Assembly (NCBI GenBank): GCA_951406725.2
Contig: OX597817.1
Span: 65,472,001 to 65,536,000 of the forward strand
Reading direction: 5' to 3'
DNA: 64,000 bases
Source of the DNA: Octopus vulgaris
Lineage: Eukaryota
Below the pieces are notes generated by a model. The model had not been told where the DNA came from and ran no database searches. It saw only the letters and a program-made list of their open reading frames with translations. A program made the translations under genes and the position numbers. Of the stretch, positions 10,353 through 24,204 are shown in pieces. The first letter of the stretch is position 1, and every line of letters starts with the position of its first letter.

Positions 10353-13124
10353 GGGACAAGGAAAGAATAAAATCTGAACGAGAAAAGAACAAATAGAAAC
10401 GAGTGGAATTTTCCACTGTTCTTTCGTTCACATATGGTAATTCTTTACTATACTCGTATTTAATGACTCTCTTGATAGTTGTCTTCTGTTTATTTATTTT
10501 GTTTGTCTTAGGGTCCACTCAACATTCTGGGATGGAGTTGGGGATAGAAGCGTAGTGGGGAAGCGTTTAAGTAATTATTTCCTCGGCCTTTTTATCTTAT
10601 CGCCGTGACGTTAGGTGGTCTGCAAATTAGTCCCCATCGCTATCATCACCACAACCAGCAACGCCACCATCGTCGTCCTCGCATCGGTACCTTTATTATC
10701 ATCACCACCCATGGCCCGACTAATATGACCGTTTTTCAGCCACACACCGTATCACACATACATAAATACGTCAACACTACCACCACCATATAGCTCACCC
10801 CACTCATATCGCATATCGTTTCAATATAAACATTGGCAGCCATCAAAGTCGCCAATGTCAACACCAGACTCGCCTCTGTCACCGCAGCCATCAACACCAC
10901 CTCTGTCACCTTCACCAACACTACCACCATCACCATATCCATCACCTCCACCAATTCCGCTATTCATCCACCACCACCATATTCAAAATCATCACATCTA
11001 CTACCACCACTTCGAACGCTACCATCGCGTCCACAGATGTCCGTTATCATCACCGTATACGCCATCGCATACACCATCACCACATCCACCATCACCGCAC
11101 CCACCATCACTACATCCATCCATCTAGGATACTCACATCCACCACTACCCCCACTATCACACCACCACCACTACCTCTGCTACTACTACCACCACCTTTA
11201 ATCCTCTCATCATATATACTTACAATCTTAGTTCTTCCTCCTTAGAACTACATCTTGGAACTCACTCATCCACACAATTTTTATTGACCTCAACTTTTAG
11301 AAGTTCAAACTGGACTCGAACTATATTGACCTCACTCATTTCAGTGGTCCTGTTCGTTTTACCAGCCCACGAAACTTTAAGCTGCATGGAGCCGAATCGT
11401 GACTCTTATCAAATATGTTCAGTGCCACTTTCTTTCATTTGTCCAAATTCGCCTCAAACCACTTCGTACAGAACGGACCGTCTACAAAAGCAGTATAGAT
11501 CCAAAGGAAATTAAAATATTTGGTTCCCATCTCTCACCCGCAAAAGATAGTTGATTAAAGAGCCTCTCTCTTGTTGTGTCTGTCTTGTGTTTTCATACGT
11601 GTTTATTCATATATAATGTGTGTGTGTGTGTGCATGAGTGTACTCATAAGTATGTGTGTATTTGTCTTTCACAGTTTGACAACTGGTATTGATTTCTTTA
11701 TGCTTCCATAATTTAGTGGTTCGGCAAAAAGAGCCCCGGTAAACTAGGAACAAGACATAAAACAAGTACTGTTGTCAATCTATGAAACAAACCTTTCATG
11801 GAGGTTCCCCAGCAAGTAAAAATGTAAAATAGTAACACATCGACCCTGATCTTAACTATTAGAAAGGTTATTGGTTAAAGAGTCACTAGTGGGGGTCGTG
11901 TTGGTGAGAGCAGTGCGAGTCAGTGGGTGGGTTGTTTTGTTGAAGTTATCTGATTGTTAGGCACTAATTTAAGAACACATAGTTGTATGGTTTCGCTGTT
12001 TTGCTCCTATCTGATTATCTGTCATTGGAGGATTACTTCTGCTCGTTATGGAAGGAGCTAAGGGACTATGGTAATTAGTGACGAGAAAGAAAGGCGAAAA
12101 GAAGTGTTTACACACACAGATGTGTGTGTATGTGTATATATGTATTATATATATTATATATATGTATTATATATGTATGCGTGTATGTATGTATATATGT
12201 ATGTGTGAGTGTGTGTACACACACATATATATCGAGAGAGAAAGAGAAAGAGAGGGGCATGTGTGTGTATACGTGTGCCTGTATGTGTATGTGTGCACGT
12301 GCGCATTTGTACGTGGTCTAGTGGTCAGGCTGTTGCATTCACAATCGCATGTTGCTTCGGTCCAGTAGTAGGGCAAACCTGGCGTCAAGTTTTCGAGGAG
12401 TGTTGGCCGCGAAAGCTACGACGATACAAGGAAGTCCATTGTGACCACTGATGTATAACAACGTCAGATCGTCTGGTCGATACAGTAATACATACACATA
12501 TGTACGTATGTGTATATATATATATATTAATAGATAGGTAGAGAGAGATGCATATGTATATATGTATGTGTATGCATATAAACACACGCATATCTATATG
12601 TACACACATGCATTCACACAAATAGATATAACAAATGAGCTGCGTTAAACGCCATGCAAAATGAATTCTTGACTTGTTGAAATTATCTTCGCTGGAAGAG
12701 ATATTAAAACAACAGTCTAGGGGCAATTGGGGCCAAATCCGAATGAGGAGAGAGAATCTCAACAACTAAGAATTCTACGGAATTGGCATATTATCAAGGG
12801 AAAAACCAATTTGAACACCTGAAACAAAGAGAACTATGGAGACGTGTTTCAGTGTCAATTGGCGTCATCAGAAGATAAATTACTTAGACATAAAAAAAGA
12901 GTAGAGAATATTTATGGCTCAAGCTAATTTGGATAATTAGTATAAACATGAGTTCAGAGCACGGTCAGTGGCACGAATTTCAACACGAAAAACAAAAAAA
13001 AAAAACCCTAAATAATTAGTATTTTAAATATCATTTTAAATATCATCCAAATGCTGCAACCCAGGAAAGGTAATTTTCCATCGTATCCACCTCACTGTAC
13101 AATCATGGAATTAGCACCGTCATC

Positions 13125-13870
13125 TTGACAATATCGTCGTATCAATGTTACCTTTGTAACAACATACTTGCTATGTGACCGTTTTAGTAACGTGCTGTCA
13201 TCTTTAACGTCTAAGTACCGTCACGTCAACGACATTACATGCATAACATCGTAGTAGTAACGTCACTCTCATAACGTCGTGCTATTAGCGATAATTTTTA
13301 TAACATCGTCTTATTAGCGGTAATTTTCTAACGTCGTGTCAGCGGCATCACCTTTATAACATTGTCAGCAACATCACCATTATAACGTCGTGTCAGCAAT
13401 GTCACGTTTATAACTATATATCCTTACACCGTTTTGTCAGCAACGTCACCATCGCTGTTATAATTCCCTGTCGGCAATGTCGACTTTGTAACGTCATAAC
13501 AACATCGCCTTCACACTCCCGTCGTCTTTATCGCGTCGTGCCAGCAAAGTTGCCTTTGAAAGACAATATCAGCAACGTCACCTTAATAACATCGTGTCAG
13601 TAACGGTACTTGATAACGTTGTGTCAGGAACGTCAACTTTACAACGTCGTGTTAGTAAGTCACCATTATAATTTCGTGTCAGCAATATCACTTTTATGGC
13701 ATCGTATCAGTAACGTCGCCTTTATAGCATCGTATAGGCAACAACTAAACAATATCTGTAAATATCTGCATGCTGACCTTTCAGCAAAATCATATCAACA
13801 ATATCAACTTAGCAACAGCGTTTTGCCGCTAATAGTATCCTACAGCTTGCCAGCAATAGCGACTTAGCAA
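13125..13870 (+). repeat. Degenerate ~28-bp minisatellite with 14-bp sub-period
   Basis: Approximate consensus TAACGTCGTGTCAG-CAACGTCACCTTTA recurs throughout. Confidence 0.75.
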
Positions 13871-14829
13871 CCTACATCGTCCTGCTGTCTGGTTTCAAGG
13901 TCAAGGTTATTCAATAATCTTTCCTCGGCGTTGGCTAGGGTTATAGGATGCCTAGAATGACAGTGAAAATAATAGTCACAACAGCAGCAAAATATCTTCC
14001 TCCTCTGCATCATCAAGAGCAGCAGCAGTGTAGTTACTGCTTCTCTTGCATTTACTGTTGTTAGAGTAGCTACAACAATTATAACAGCAATAACGAAATA
14101 GCTATAGCAGCAGCAGCAGCAGTAGCGGCCGCAGTAACAATAACAACAACTACACCACCACCAACAACAATTTAAAATAGTATCAATTACAACAGTGACA
14201 AAAGTTTGGTCGATTGATGAGGCGGGTAAATATAGACGGATGAGTGAGTGGAGTGAAGTTCGTGCAGTTTAATGTTGGATTTGAAGAGGAAAGAAAATGG
14301 AAAAGAGAAAAACGGAAAAAGGGTCGAGGAGAGAGGAGAAAGTAACAAAAGTGGGGATGTAATCGTGGATATTTGATACCCAATTCTATACTATGTACTC
14401 TCAGAAGAAGACTGATGGTAGCAATGGTGATGGTAGCAATGGTGATGGTAGCAATGGTGATGGTAGCAGTGGTAATGGTGGTGGTGGTGGTGGTGGTAGT
14501 GGTGGTGGTAGTGGTGGTGATGGTAGAGGTATTGTTAGTAGTAGAGGAGATGACAATGATACTTCTGCTCATACTGTTATGTCAACACTTCAAAACCTAA
14601 TAAAATATTTAAAATATGTTTTCACTGAATTAACAACACAAATAACCCACATATATGTTGTATAAAGGATCATGGGTAAGGCCAAAACAATGCGAAGTAA
14701 ATGTAAGGTAAATCACAAGAAAACAAATATATGAATTAATAAATAATTATTTATAATCATAAATATAGCAGGTGTGAAGGTGGCAGTGATTGTGGTAACA
14801 ACAGTGATAGTGGTGAGATGACAGTAATA

Positions 14830-14990
14830 TTGGTTTCAAGTTTTGGCACAATGCCAGCAGTTTTGGGGTGGGGCTAAGTCGATTACATCGCCCATAGTTT
14901 TCCACTGGTACTTATTTTATTGATCTCGAAATGATGAAAAGCAGAGTCGACCCCGGCGGCATTTGAACTCAGAACGTAAAGACGGACTAA
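14830..14990 (-). mobile_element. SINE family A copy
   Basis: Reverse complement of family A: TTTTGGCACAA...GTCGATTACATCG...ACTGGTACTTATTTTAT...ATTTGAACTCAGAACGTAAAG. Confidence 0.75.
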
Positions 14991-15148
14991 AGAAAACAGT
15001 AATATTAACAGTTACTGTGTTGGAATATCATCTCATTTATAAACTTTAATTCACGAGCAGACAAATGAAAAAACCCTAGAAATAGCTGCTAAGTTTCCCT
15101 CAAATCACTCTATACTGCTTACAAAAAAGAAACGCCCATTGGACAATG

Positions 15149-15443
15149 CAGCTGGCATTCCGTCGGTTACGACGACGTGGGTTCCAGTTGATCCGATCAA
15201 CAGAACAGTCTGCTCGTGAAATTAACGTGTGCCTTTAACGTAGTTCTCGGGGATTTTCAGTCTGACACAAAGTGTGACAAGGCTGATGCTTTGAAATACA
15301 GGTACTACTAATTTTTGCCAGCTGAGATTGGAGCTACGCGAAATAAAGTGTCTAGCTCAAGGACACAACGCGTCACCAGGAATTGAATTCACGACTTTAC
15401 GATCGTGAGTCGAATACCCTAACCACTAGGTCACGCGCCTTCA
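15149..15443 (-). mobile_element. tRNA-derived SINE family C with 12-bp TSD, nested in an older interspersed repeat
   Basis: Minus strand reads GAAGGCGCGTGACCTAGTGGTTAGGG...GAATTCAATTCC...GTTGTGTCCTTGAGCTAGACAC (CORE-like)...CGTCGTAACCGACGG. CATTGGACAATG is duplicated at 15137-15148 and 15444-15455. Confidence 0.85.
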
Positions 15444-15959
15444 CATTGGACAATGAAATACTTGATAAACAGAAGAGGGGTAAATTAGTCATAAGTGGAA
15501 TGCCTTGTATCATATGTATCCTCAATCAAGGCGAACCTGGGGTTAAGCACCAATAAAAACTACAACAGTAACATATTGATATCGGTCATCGCAGACCATG
15601 TTAGCCTGCTGGAGTTTTTACCTTTCTTAATGTTGAGCACCATGTCATGAGCTTTTCCATAGTTTTACATCACAGCTCAGAGAATGTGGGCTCTTTCATA
15701 GCTAGGTAAGAGTCGAAAAAGCTCGCCGGCAAATTAGGAGGATCTAGAAAAATATCTGAGCAAAGGTGAGTCAAAATCGTGGGTCACCCTGATCTCATTT
15801 TGGTGGCCTCTTGTCAACCACGCGTGGGTAGGTTTCCCTTGTTTCTATTTATCTGACGCTAGACTGTCATAAAACGATAGGGGTGAAATCGCTGACGTCA
15901 TCAAACAGTACATGAGGAGTTTGCCGAAAAGTTTCGTAATTATTGTTGTTATTGTTATT

Positions 15960-16155
15960 GTTGTTTAATCCAAGCTTAGCTCTGATCAAACCGACCTTCT
16001 AACTGTGATCGTCGTGTTCTTTTCCGTAAGTAGTGTATCTTGGACTACATGATTCAATGCGGCCTTTTCTTACAAAGACGGTAAGTTGTTTATTTGAGGG
16101 AGATCTAGCCGGTATTTCTAGCAGGTCAAGCGATCATATAGAAACTTCCTTAATG
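15960..16155 (+). mobile_element. Old interspersed repeat family F
   Basis: TTGTTTAA...CTGATC...GACC...ATTTGAGGG(G)AGAT(C/T)T(A/G)GC..TATTTCTAGCAGGTC. Related copies lie near 6165-6290(-), 15060-15560(-), 18320-18520(+), 19175-19345(-), 28030-28200(+) and 30710-30925(-). Confidence 0.6.
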
Positions 16156-16391
16156 GCACGGTATGTTACAAAGTACAGCAATTGGTGATGTCATCATGGC
16201 CAAGACCTCCCAAGTAAACATGTGACTATTCGTAACACTATGGCACCGAAGTGCTGTTGTTTGTTTTATCCTCGATCATCCCTGGCTGAGGTTCCAGGCA
16301 TGATCATCCTGTCTATTTGTATATTGAGAACTACAGGAAAACAGAGAACTGACAGACTCATTTGAACAATCACAAAGAAAAACCTTCTTGG

Positions 16392-16790
16392 CTTACTCTT
16401 TTACTTGTTTCAGTCATTTGACTGCGGCCATGCTGGAGCACCGCCTTTAGTCGAGCAAATCGACCCCGGGACTTATTCTTTGTAAGCCCAGTACTTATTC
16501 TATCTGTCTCTTTTGCCGAACCGCTAAGTGACGGGGACGTAAACACACCAGCATCGGTTGTCAAGCAATGCTAGGGGGACAAAAACAGACACAGAAATAC
16601 ACATATATATATATATACATATATACGACAGGCTTCTTTCAGTTTCCGTCTACCAAATTCACTCACAAGGCATTGGTCGGCCCGGGGCTATAGCAGAAGA
16701 AACTTGCCCAAGATGCCACGCAGTGGGACTGAACCCGGAACCATGTGGTTGTTTAGCAAGCTACTTACCACACAGCCACTCCTGCGCCTA
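16392..16790 (-). mobile_element. tRNA-derived CORE-like SINE family B, full length
   Basis: Minus strand head AGGCGCAGGAGTGGCTGTGTGGTAAG...GGTTCAGTCCC, then CATCTTGGGCAAGT, an internal microsatellite and a tail ending TGAAACAAGTAAAAGAGTAA. Further copies at 43391-43550, 54880-55252, 62185-62320 and 63325-63480. Confidence 0.85.
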
Positions 16791-17229
16791 TTGTGCTTAA
16801 AGTAAGCTGAACCACTTCCTTACATCTATTTACAGAAAACTGAACCGGCTGCTTAAATTACAAACGGGCATTCTAAGGATAGATTCCGAGGTGTTCCGAA
16901 CTATAGGCCATTCCTCTTCAAAACAGCCATCTGTTGCCTGTATGTTAAACACAACATAGAAATTGGAAGGACATTGGCATCTACTGCAGATGGCTGTCTT
17001 TAAAAATAGCAGCTGTTTTGTAGATTTTTCTCGATAAAAGTTCCATCAGCTGGCATAGTTCTCTCACTCCAATTTCCTGTAAATACTTTGAAGTTTTCTT
17101 TTTGTGTTTTATATTTGTATCTTTCGAAAATATCTTATGTAAACCAGTTGGACCATTTCACAAATATATTTATACATAGATGTATATATACACACATATA
17201 TACATATATGTGTGTGTGTGTATTATATA

Positions 17230-17262
<33 letters not shown>

Positions 17263-17703
17263 GTGTGTGTGTGCGTGTATATATATATATATAAAATAAT
17301 ATATTTGCATATTTATTTACTCATTCATTTATTTGTATATTATATGTTCTTTAATACTTATACAAATGTATATATATATATATCGTAGTTCTATTTCTAT
17401 ATTTCGTTACCCATAGAATTATTTCTATAATATACATTTATATATTTATTAATGCATTTATTCAGTTATTTCATTAATTATTCATACACGCGCGCATGCA
17501 GACACACAGACAAACAACACACACACATACATACACGTACACATACACATACACACACACATGTATTGATGTGTTATATTGTTCTAACCCTTTAACACCT
17601 ACGTAATCAATATTCAGAAAAATATTTATTGGTTTTTTTCAATTTATTTAAGGGTGAGGAATGTGTTTGATGTAAGCGAATTAAATTTTCTGATATACAT
17701 ACA

Positions 17704-17850
<147 letters not shown>

Positions 17851-19519
17851 ATATATAAATATACATATATGCATAAATGTATATGTATACATATGTATAT
17901 GTATAAATACATACGTGTGTGTGTGTATGTGTGTACGTACTGCGCGCGCATCTTCAAATGTTAATACTTGTACGACAATTGCCAGTTATTTTAATTCCAT
18001 GTTCGCAATAATGCCGTTCAAAATGTATAGAATCCTTAGAGCTTGTCCAAGCTTTGAATTCTGTTATTTTTTCCCCATAAGGGTCTATCTGAAGTGTCAG
18101 GAATTATTAACAATAGGCGTTGTAGAGTGAAGATTGGCTTTTCTCCATTTTCGCTTTCACGAAGATGAGATGAGGGAGGAGAAGAGGGAAAAGATTAAAC
18201 TGTGATGTTTGTAATTCCAAATTAGCTATATAGACTGTGAAATGAAATGGCTTCCAGATGACAATTGAAACTATATCATTGTCTTTCGGCTTGCCTGGTA
18301 GAGTGTGGGCTTCTTTATTGTTGTTTAGTCCCAAGCCAGCTTTCATTGAGCAGTCCTATGATCAAAGGCGTTTCATCCGTTATCATTCCATGATTTTTTT
18401 TGTACACATCAAAAATATCCTTTATTATTTAAATATTTATTATTATTTGGCGGTAGCACGGGATTTAAAGAAATTGTGGCTGCTAATTCTAGCAGATAAA
18501 GCGAACTATGTAGGAGGTTCCTATGTGGTGGTTGTGTATTGCCCAATTGTATTTCCAACTTATTTTGTATTTTGTTCTGTACTTTGCTGTTTAGAGTTCA
18601 AAACACGGATAGGTGAATCCCAATTTTTTTTCGTTGCCTCAACTTTCCGATGTTAGTACGTTGAATCGTAAAACTAAAATACCAGTAATATATCGAGGTT
18701 TAAAATTCGAATATATTATCGGTTGCTTTTTCTTACGCTTCTAAAATGAGTGAGGACTTACACCACGTAAAAGAGGAATATTTCATTTAGTAGTATGACT
18801 AAGCACCACGGGGCGTGAGATAAGCTCGGGACAGTCCACAATCGATACACGGTTTCAATGTGTTTCTACATCAATTTTCTTTTTTAACAATTCCGGTCAT
18901 TGCTAGGTCGGGGCATAGCCTTCGGTGTTTTTTAGTTGATTGTATGAATCTGATTACATATTTCAATCCAATACTTTTATATCCAGTACTTCTGTTTATT
19001 AAGATGTACTATGATTGAAAGCAATTAGGAATGGTTGCGCTTGGAATACTTTCGATCATAGGTGTACTTAAGACTGCCCGGCGTTACAACTCGACTTTAC
19101 ATAGAATTTATCTTTGATTGGCTAATGTGGCAAACTCCGTCCCTAATTTCTGGGTATTTTAAGCTGATAAATGAAAAGCCTCTATATGGTGGCTGGCTGG
19201 GCCCGCTAGAAATAACAACTAAGCCTCTAAAAATGGAAAGGAAACATAGGATAATGAACGCCTGTATACCCATAACAAGATAGCATGCCCCTTACTAAGA
19301 CGGCTTTTATCATAGATCAGGTCTGACCTGGAGTTAAACAATAGCAACAACAACAACAACAACAAAGACGACGACGACGAAAACAACATCAATAACAACA
19401 ACACCATAAACAACACCACCAACAGCAAAAACATCTTCAAGAAATGCAGCAGCAACAACCACTAGAGACTTCTTCATTTTCCGTGGCCATTGTTACTGCT
19501 TGTAGCAAGTCTGTCTGTC

Positions 19520-19848
19520 TATCTATCGACTTCATTGACCGAGGTTACCGTGGTATTTTCCGTAGGCTTTTCTTTCCACGGGTAAACCTCACCTGTCCTC
19601 CTCTTTACACTTCATATTGACATTTCTGTGATTACGATCCATATTGATCAACTTTTTTTTCCTCTCCCCTTTTCTTTTTTTCCCTCTCCCCCTCTTTTTT
19701 TAAAATCCTCCCCTTTTTTGTCCTCTTTCTTTCCTTTTACGATCCCTTTTGATCGAAAACCAACCCCCTTTTTTTACCCCCAAAAGAAAAGCTCTACCTT
19801 GTAATTTGTTCTGTCTGTGTGCAGCCCTGTGTGGCTAATAAAGAAACA

Positions 19849-19942
<94 letters not shown>
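19520..19942 (+). mobile_element. Probable 3' end of a LINE with pyrimidine-rich 3'UTR and (ATCT)n tail
   Basis: C/T-rich UTR, terminal stem-loop AGCC-CTGTGT-GGCT and AATAAA, followed directly by (ATCT)n at 19849-19942. No coding part is recognisable, so the clade is unassigned. Confidence 0.5.
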
Positions 19943-19943
<1 letters not shown>

Positions 19944-20346
19944 TTCTGTATATACATATATACATATTCAACGTACATATTCAGTCAGATGAACTGAGGC
20001 GATTGTCAGTTTAGTGTGCTAATCACGTGCATAGATCGACTTCCTCCGATAATATACGACCAGCTGTAACGCTGGAAATGTCAAACATGTGTGTCATCGT
20101 AAGTCACCCAATCTTGGTACTATGCTCCTCTCATTTTTACCCCGTTCTTTGCCTTCTCCTCCGACGTCTCTTTCACTTTTTCTCTCCCGCCCATCTCTCT
20201 AGGATCTTTCTTTCCCCTCTTTCTCTATCTGGAACTTTCTCTTCGCCCGCATATCTGTCGCTCTTTCTCTCATCTTTTCCTTCTCATTGCATAGAACTGA
20301 GGTGACCACGCATAACAAATACAGAAGTAACAACTTATGTAGATTT

Positions 20347-20412
<66 letters not shown>

Positions 20413-20446
20413 TACACACATACACACACACACACATATATACATT

Positions 20447-20478
<32 letters not shown>

Positions 20479-20941
20479 CGCGGGCATATATACACATATA
20501 TATAAATACCCACAGACACATTTGTGTATGTATATATCCAAACCCACAACATTTAGAAGCTTGTATAATATAGGCAACTAGAGAGAAATTGCTTGTCAAA
20601 AATAGTTGTCATTTGTCTATTTCTGGGATGTGGCATGTGTATGTATGTATGTAAATATAGATACGTGTGTCTGTATATGTGTGAGTGTGCATAAGTGTGT
20701 CAGAATATGTATATGCATGCCTGTTTTTATGCTTGCGTGTGAGTGTGTGTGTGTAGGTGTACGTGTATATTGCGAGTGTAGAAGTAGCTGTGTTTATATG
20801 CAACAGTTTTTGTTTAGTTGAGTGTTGAAGCGTTTTTGGTTTCGCCATCTGTGTTATGTTTGGGTATATTTTTAGATGGGTCTGTGTATGTACATATAAT
20901 TGTGATGTTTTGACGTTTATGAGTTTGTGTGTGTGGGCGTA

Positions 20942-20985
<44 letters not shown>

Positions 20986-21590
20986 CACACACTTAATTGT
21001 ATGTTTGTATATATATATCTATGAATATATATATGTGTGTGTGTATATACGTACACAAACACGTATATATTTACACACGCATATGAGAGAGATAGAAAGG
21101 GCAGAGGGAGAGAGAGAGATGAATTTCACATGTGGCGGTATTTGTGCATGCACGTGCGCGTGTACTGTGAACGTTTTGCAAGAATGACTGTGAAACGAAA
21201 AAATATGTAGACATGTAAGGAGGCTGTCTTTGCAAATAAACCGTGCTCTCTATATATGATAATAGATCGTGTGTTTTATGAATGATAAAGCAGCAAGTAC
21301 TTTATACTATATTGTAGGATATTATATACCCTTGTAACCTAAATCTGCGCCACTCGTTTCCCAGATCTCGATGAAATCATTTCACTTCCTTAAAATCCTT
21401 CCATTAGACTTTTGTTAGCAAATGTGAAGATTAAGAATATTTTCATAAAATAGAATACGATGTCTAAAAGGGAATACTAGTCTAAATGTGAAAAATTACA
21501 CAGCATTTCAGATCTGAAATATAGCCAAAGTAAAACGGTTAGAAAAGGGGAAAAGAAGCAAACATTCATATTCAAATGGATAAAACAAAC

Positions 21591-21677
<87 letters not shown>

Positions 21678-21946
21678 ACGGAACTTGAATTCCTTGTTGA
21701 ATTCTATAATAATTCAGATTCTGTTCCCGGTATTGAGTCAGCCATGAAGAAGTGTTTAGTTGTTATTCTTAAGCAAAAGTTAAAATATATGCTCCAAACA
21801 TTGGCACAAAGGCCAACGATTAGGGAGCGGGGTAGTTGACTATGTCGATCCCTGTGTTTGCCTAGCGCCGACAGGTATTCGTTTTCGTCACTTTACTGGG
21901 ATCTGAGATTAAATTTCACAGAAGTCAAGTTAGCTTTTACCTTTCA

Positions 21947-22470
21947 CAACGTCATCTCAACCATGGTGCCTTAACAACAGCATCTCAACAATCGCAGTTT
22001 AGCAATTTGCTAACAGTGTCACATAAAAACTTCAGCCCACAAAGAAATCTTAAGAATGCTGAGAAAACACTAGTCAGTACTGCTACCTTAGAAACTCAGT
22101 TTAGCAATGAAACTTTAGTGACGTCATGCCAGCAATTTTACACCTTACCAACGTTGTATTAGGAAAGACATCTTAGCAACGTCATTTCAGAAGTGCTACC
22201 TTAGAACCTCATCTCAACAATGAAATTGCAGCAACGTAATATCAACGATGTCATCTTATAAACTATCATAGCAATGTCCTGTCAAAAATGTAATCTTAGT
22301 ACTCTCGAAAACAATGTCACTTAAGCAACGTTGTATCAACAATAATATTAAAAAAAAATCGTCATTGAGCTAATTCCAGCTGAACAATGTCAGGTCAGCA
22401 GTTCAACTCAGCAAAGTCATGCTAACAATACCGTTTTAGAAATATCCTCTTGGCAACATCATCTTAGTAA
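21947..22470 (+). repeat. Degenerate ~14-bp minisatellite related to 13125-13870
   Basis: Recurrent CAA(C/T)GTCATCTTAG-like units. Confidence 0.65.
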
Positions 22471-22559
22471 TAGCTAAATTCTAATCATCTTCAGATTGGG
22501 AAAAATTTTTACAAATCAGAAAATGTCAGTCTGAGGAGTTGTCAGTTATAATAATTACG

Positions 22560-22985
22560 TTTTTCTACAATATGCACAAGGCCTGAAATATTGGAAGTGA
22601 GGGTGGCTAGTCACTTACATCGATCCCAGTACTCAAATAGTACTTATTTCACTGACCCTGAAAAGATGAAACGCAAAGTCAACATCGTCAGCATTTAAAC
22701 TCAGAACGTAAAAGCGGACAAAATACTTAACAATTCTGCCGGTTTGCCGCTTTAATAGTTATGATAAGGGTTTCAAATTTTGGCACAAGGCCAGCAATTT
22801 CGGGGAGGGAGTAAGTTGATTATATCGGCCTCAGGGCTAAACTGGTACTTATGTTATCGGGCCCGAAAATATGAAAAGTAAAGTCGACCTCCGCAGAATT
22901 TGAACATAAAACCTAAAGACGTACTAAAAAATACCACTAAGTATTTTGTCCGTCAAGCTAAAGATTCTGTCAGCTCGCGCCTTGA
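22560..22985 (-). mobile_element. Two adjacent SINE family A copies
   Basis: Two reverse-complement copies (22560-22755 and 22770-22985), each with GCACAAGGCC...TACTTAT...AAAGTC(A/G)AC...(G/A)AAC(T/A). Confidence 0.75.
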
Positions 22986-23030
22986 ATGATGATGATGATG
23001 ACAATGATAATGATAATGATAATAATAATG

Positions 23031-23082
<52 letters not shown>

Positions 23083-23135
23083 TGTTGATAATAATAATAA
23101 TCATGATGTTGATAATAATAATAATAATAATAATG

Positions 23136-23205
<70 letters not shown>

Positions 23206-23217
23206 CAATAATAATAG

Positions 23218-24125
23218 CTTAAAATCAAAGACAGAAGGATTTGGCATAGCAGCCCAAGATCAATGCCTACCTACAAGAAGCTACCAAGTCAACAGCTTAA
23301 AGAACGGCAGTAGCCCAACATGTTTATGTAAACAACAAAATGAAACCATCGGTCATGTTGTTTCCATGTGCAGCCTTTTTGCGCCTACAGGGTATCTCAA
23401 CAAGTATGATAAAATCTGTTGGGAACACAAATTACCTCCAGTGTTTGAAAATGATCACATCTCACTCGTTTGGAACTTTACTGTTCAAACTGACAAAAGG
23501 ATAGATGCAAATAGGCCAGCCATTATATTGAAGGATTTCAGACAAAAGTCATGCCTCCTCATCAATATGACTGTTCCAATCGACATAGATGTATCTCTCA
23601 CGACCTATCAAATACTGAGCAAGTTTAGAGATCTTGAAATAGAAATTGGCAAAATGTGGAATCCCAAGACTAAAACAATATCTGTTGTCATAGTACCCTA
23701 GGAATGATAGCAAAAGGGGCTGATTGCTACCTAGCTCAGATACCAGGAAATAAAAAAAATGGAAGAAATTAAAAAAATAGTGCTCGTGGGAACTGCTCAT
23801 ACCCTACGAAAAATATTGTCTATGTAATCCCCAAAGCATTTTAATCTGTAAACATTGTCAAAAGTACTTTTAAATGAATATAATAGCAAACACCTTCTAC
23901 TGTCATCTTAACATCATATTATCATCTTATAATCAAATTACTTTTAAAACAAACCTCAAATTTTCTAATGTTTTAATTAACATTCTCTTGAACAATACTC
24001 TGTACAAAACCCAAAATATGGTACCCTAATCATAGCACAAACTTGAACCTCTAACTTGTCTCTTGGAGTCTCTAGATGAAACTTGGAGTCATCTTGTACA
24101 AATACATAGCCAAAGTCAAACATAC
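23218..24125 (+). mobile_element. R4/Dong-like non-LTR retrotransposon 3' fragment (CCHC + restriction-like endonuclease) within (AAT)n
   Basis: LKSKTEGFGIAAQDQCLPTR...CLCKQQNETIGHVVSMC...WNFTVQTDKRIDANRPAIILKD...CLLINMTVP...KFRDLEIEIGKMW is a CCHC finger plus RPD..D-type RLE domain. (AAT)n lies on both sides (23000-23217, 24126-24203). Confidence 0.85.
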
Positions 24126-24181
<56 letters not shown>

Positions 24182-24204
24182 TAACAACAACAATAATAAT
24201 AATA

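Noticed and set aside
11985-12070. Possible first claudin exon ending in ...GAKGLW with a GT donor
   Set aside because: There is an in-frame TGA just upstream, no good acceptor or start, and a weak donor.
12841-12874. Minus-strand CTGATGA...GAAACACGTC hammerhead candidate
   Set aside because: Helix II is poorly paired and helix I does not form.
9905-13870. CRISPR-like appearance of the tandem arrays at 9905-10352 and 13125-13870
   Set aside because: Units diverge along their whole length with no invariant repeat plus unique spacer pattern, there are no cas genes, and the context is eukaryotic.
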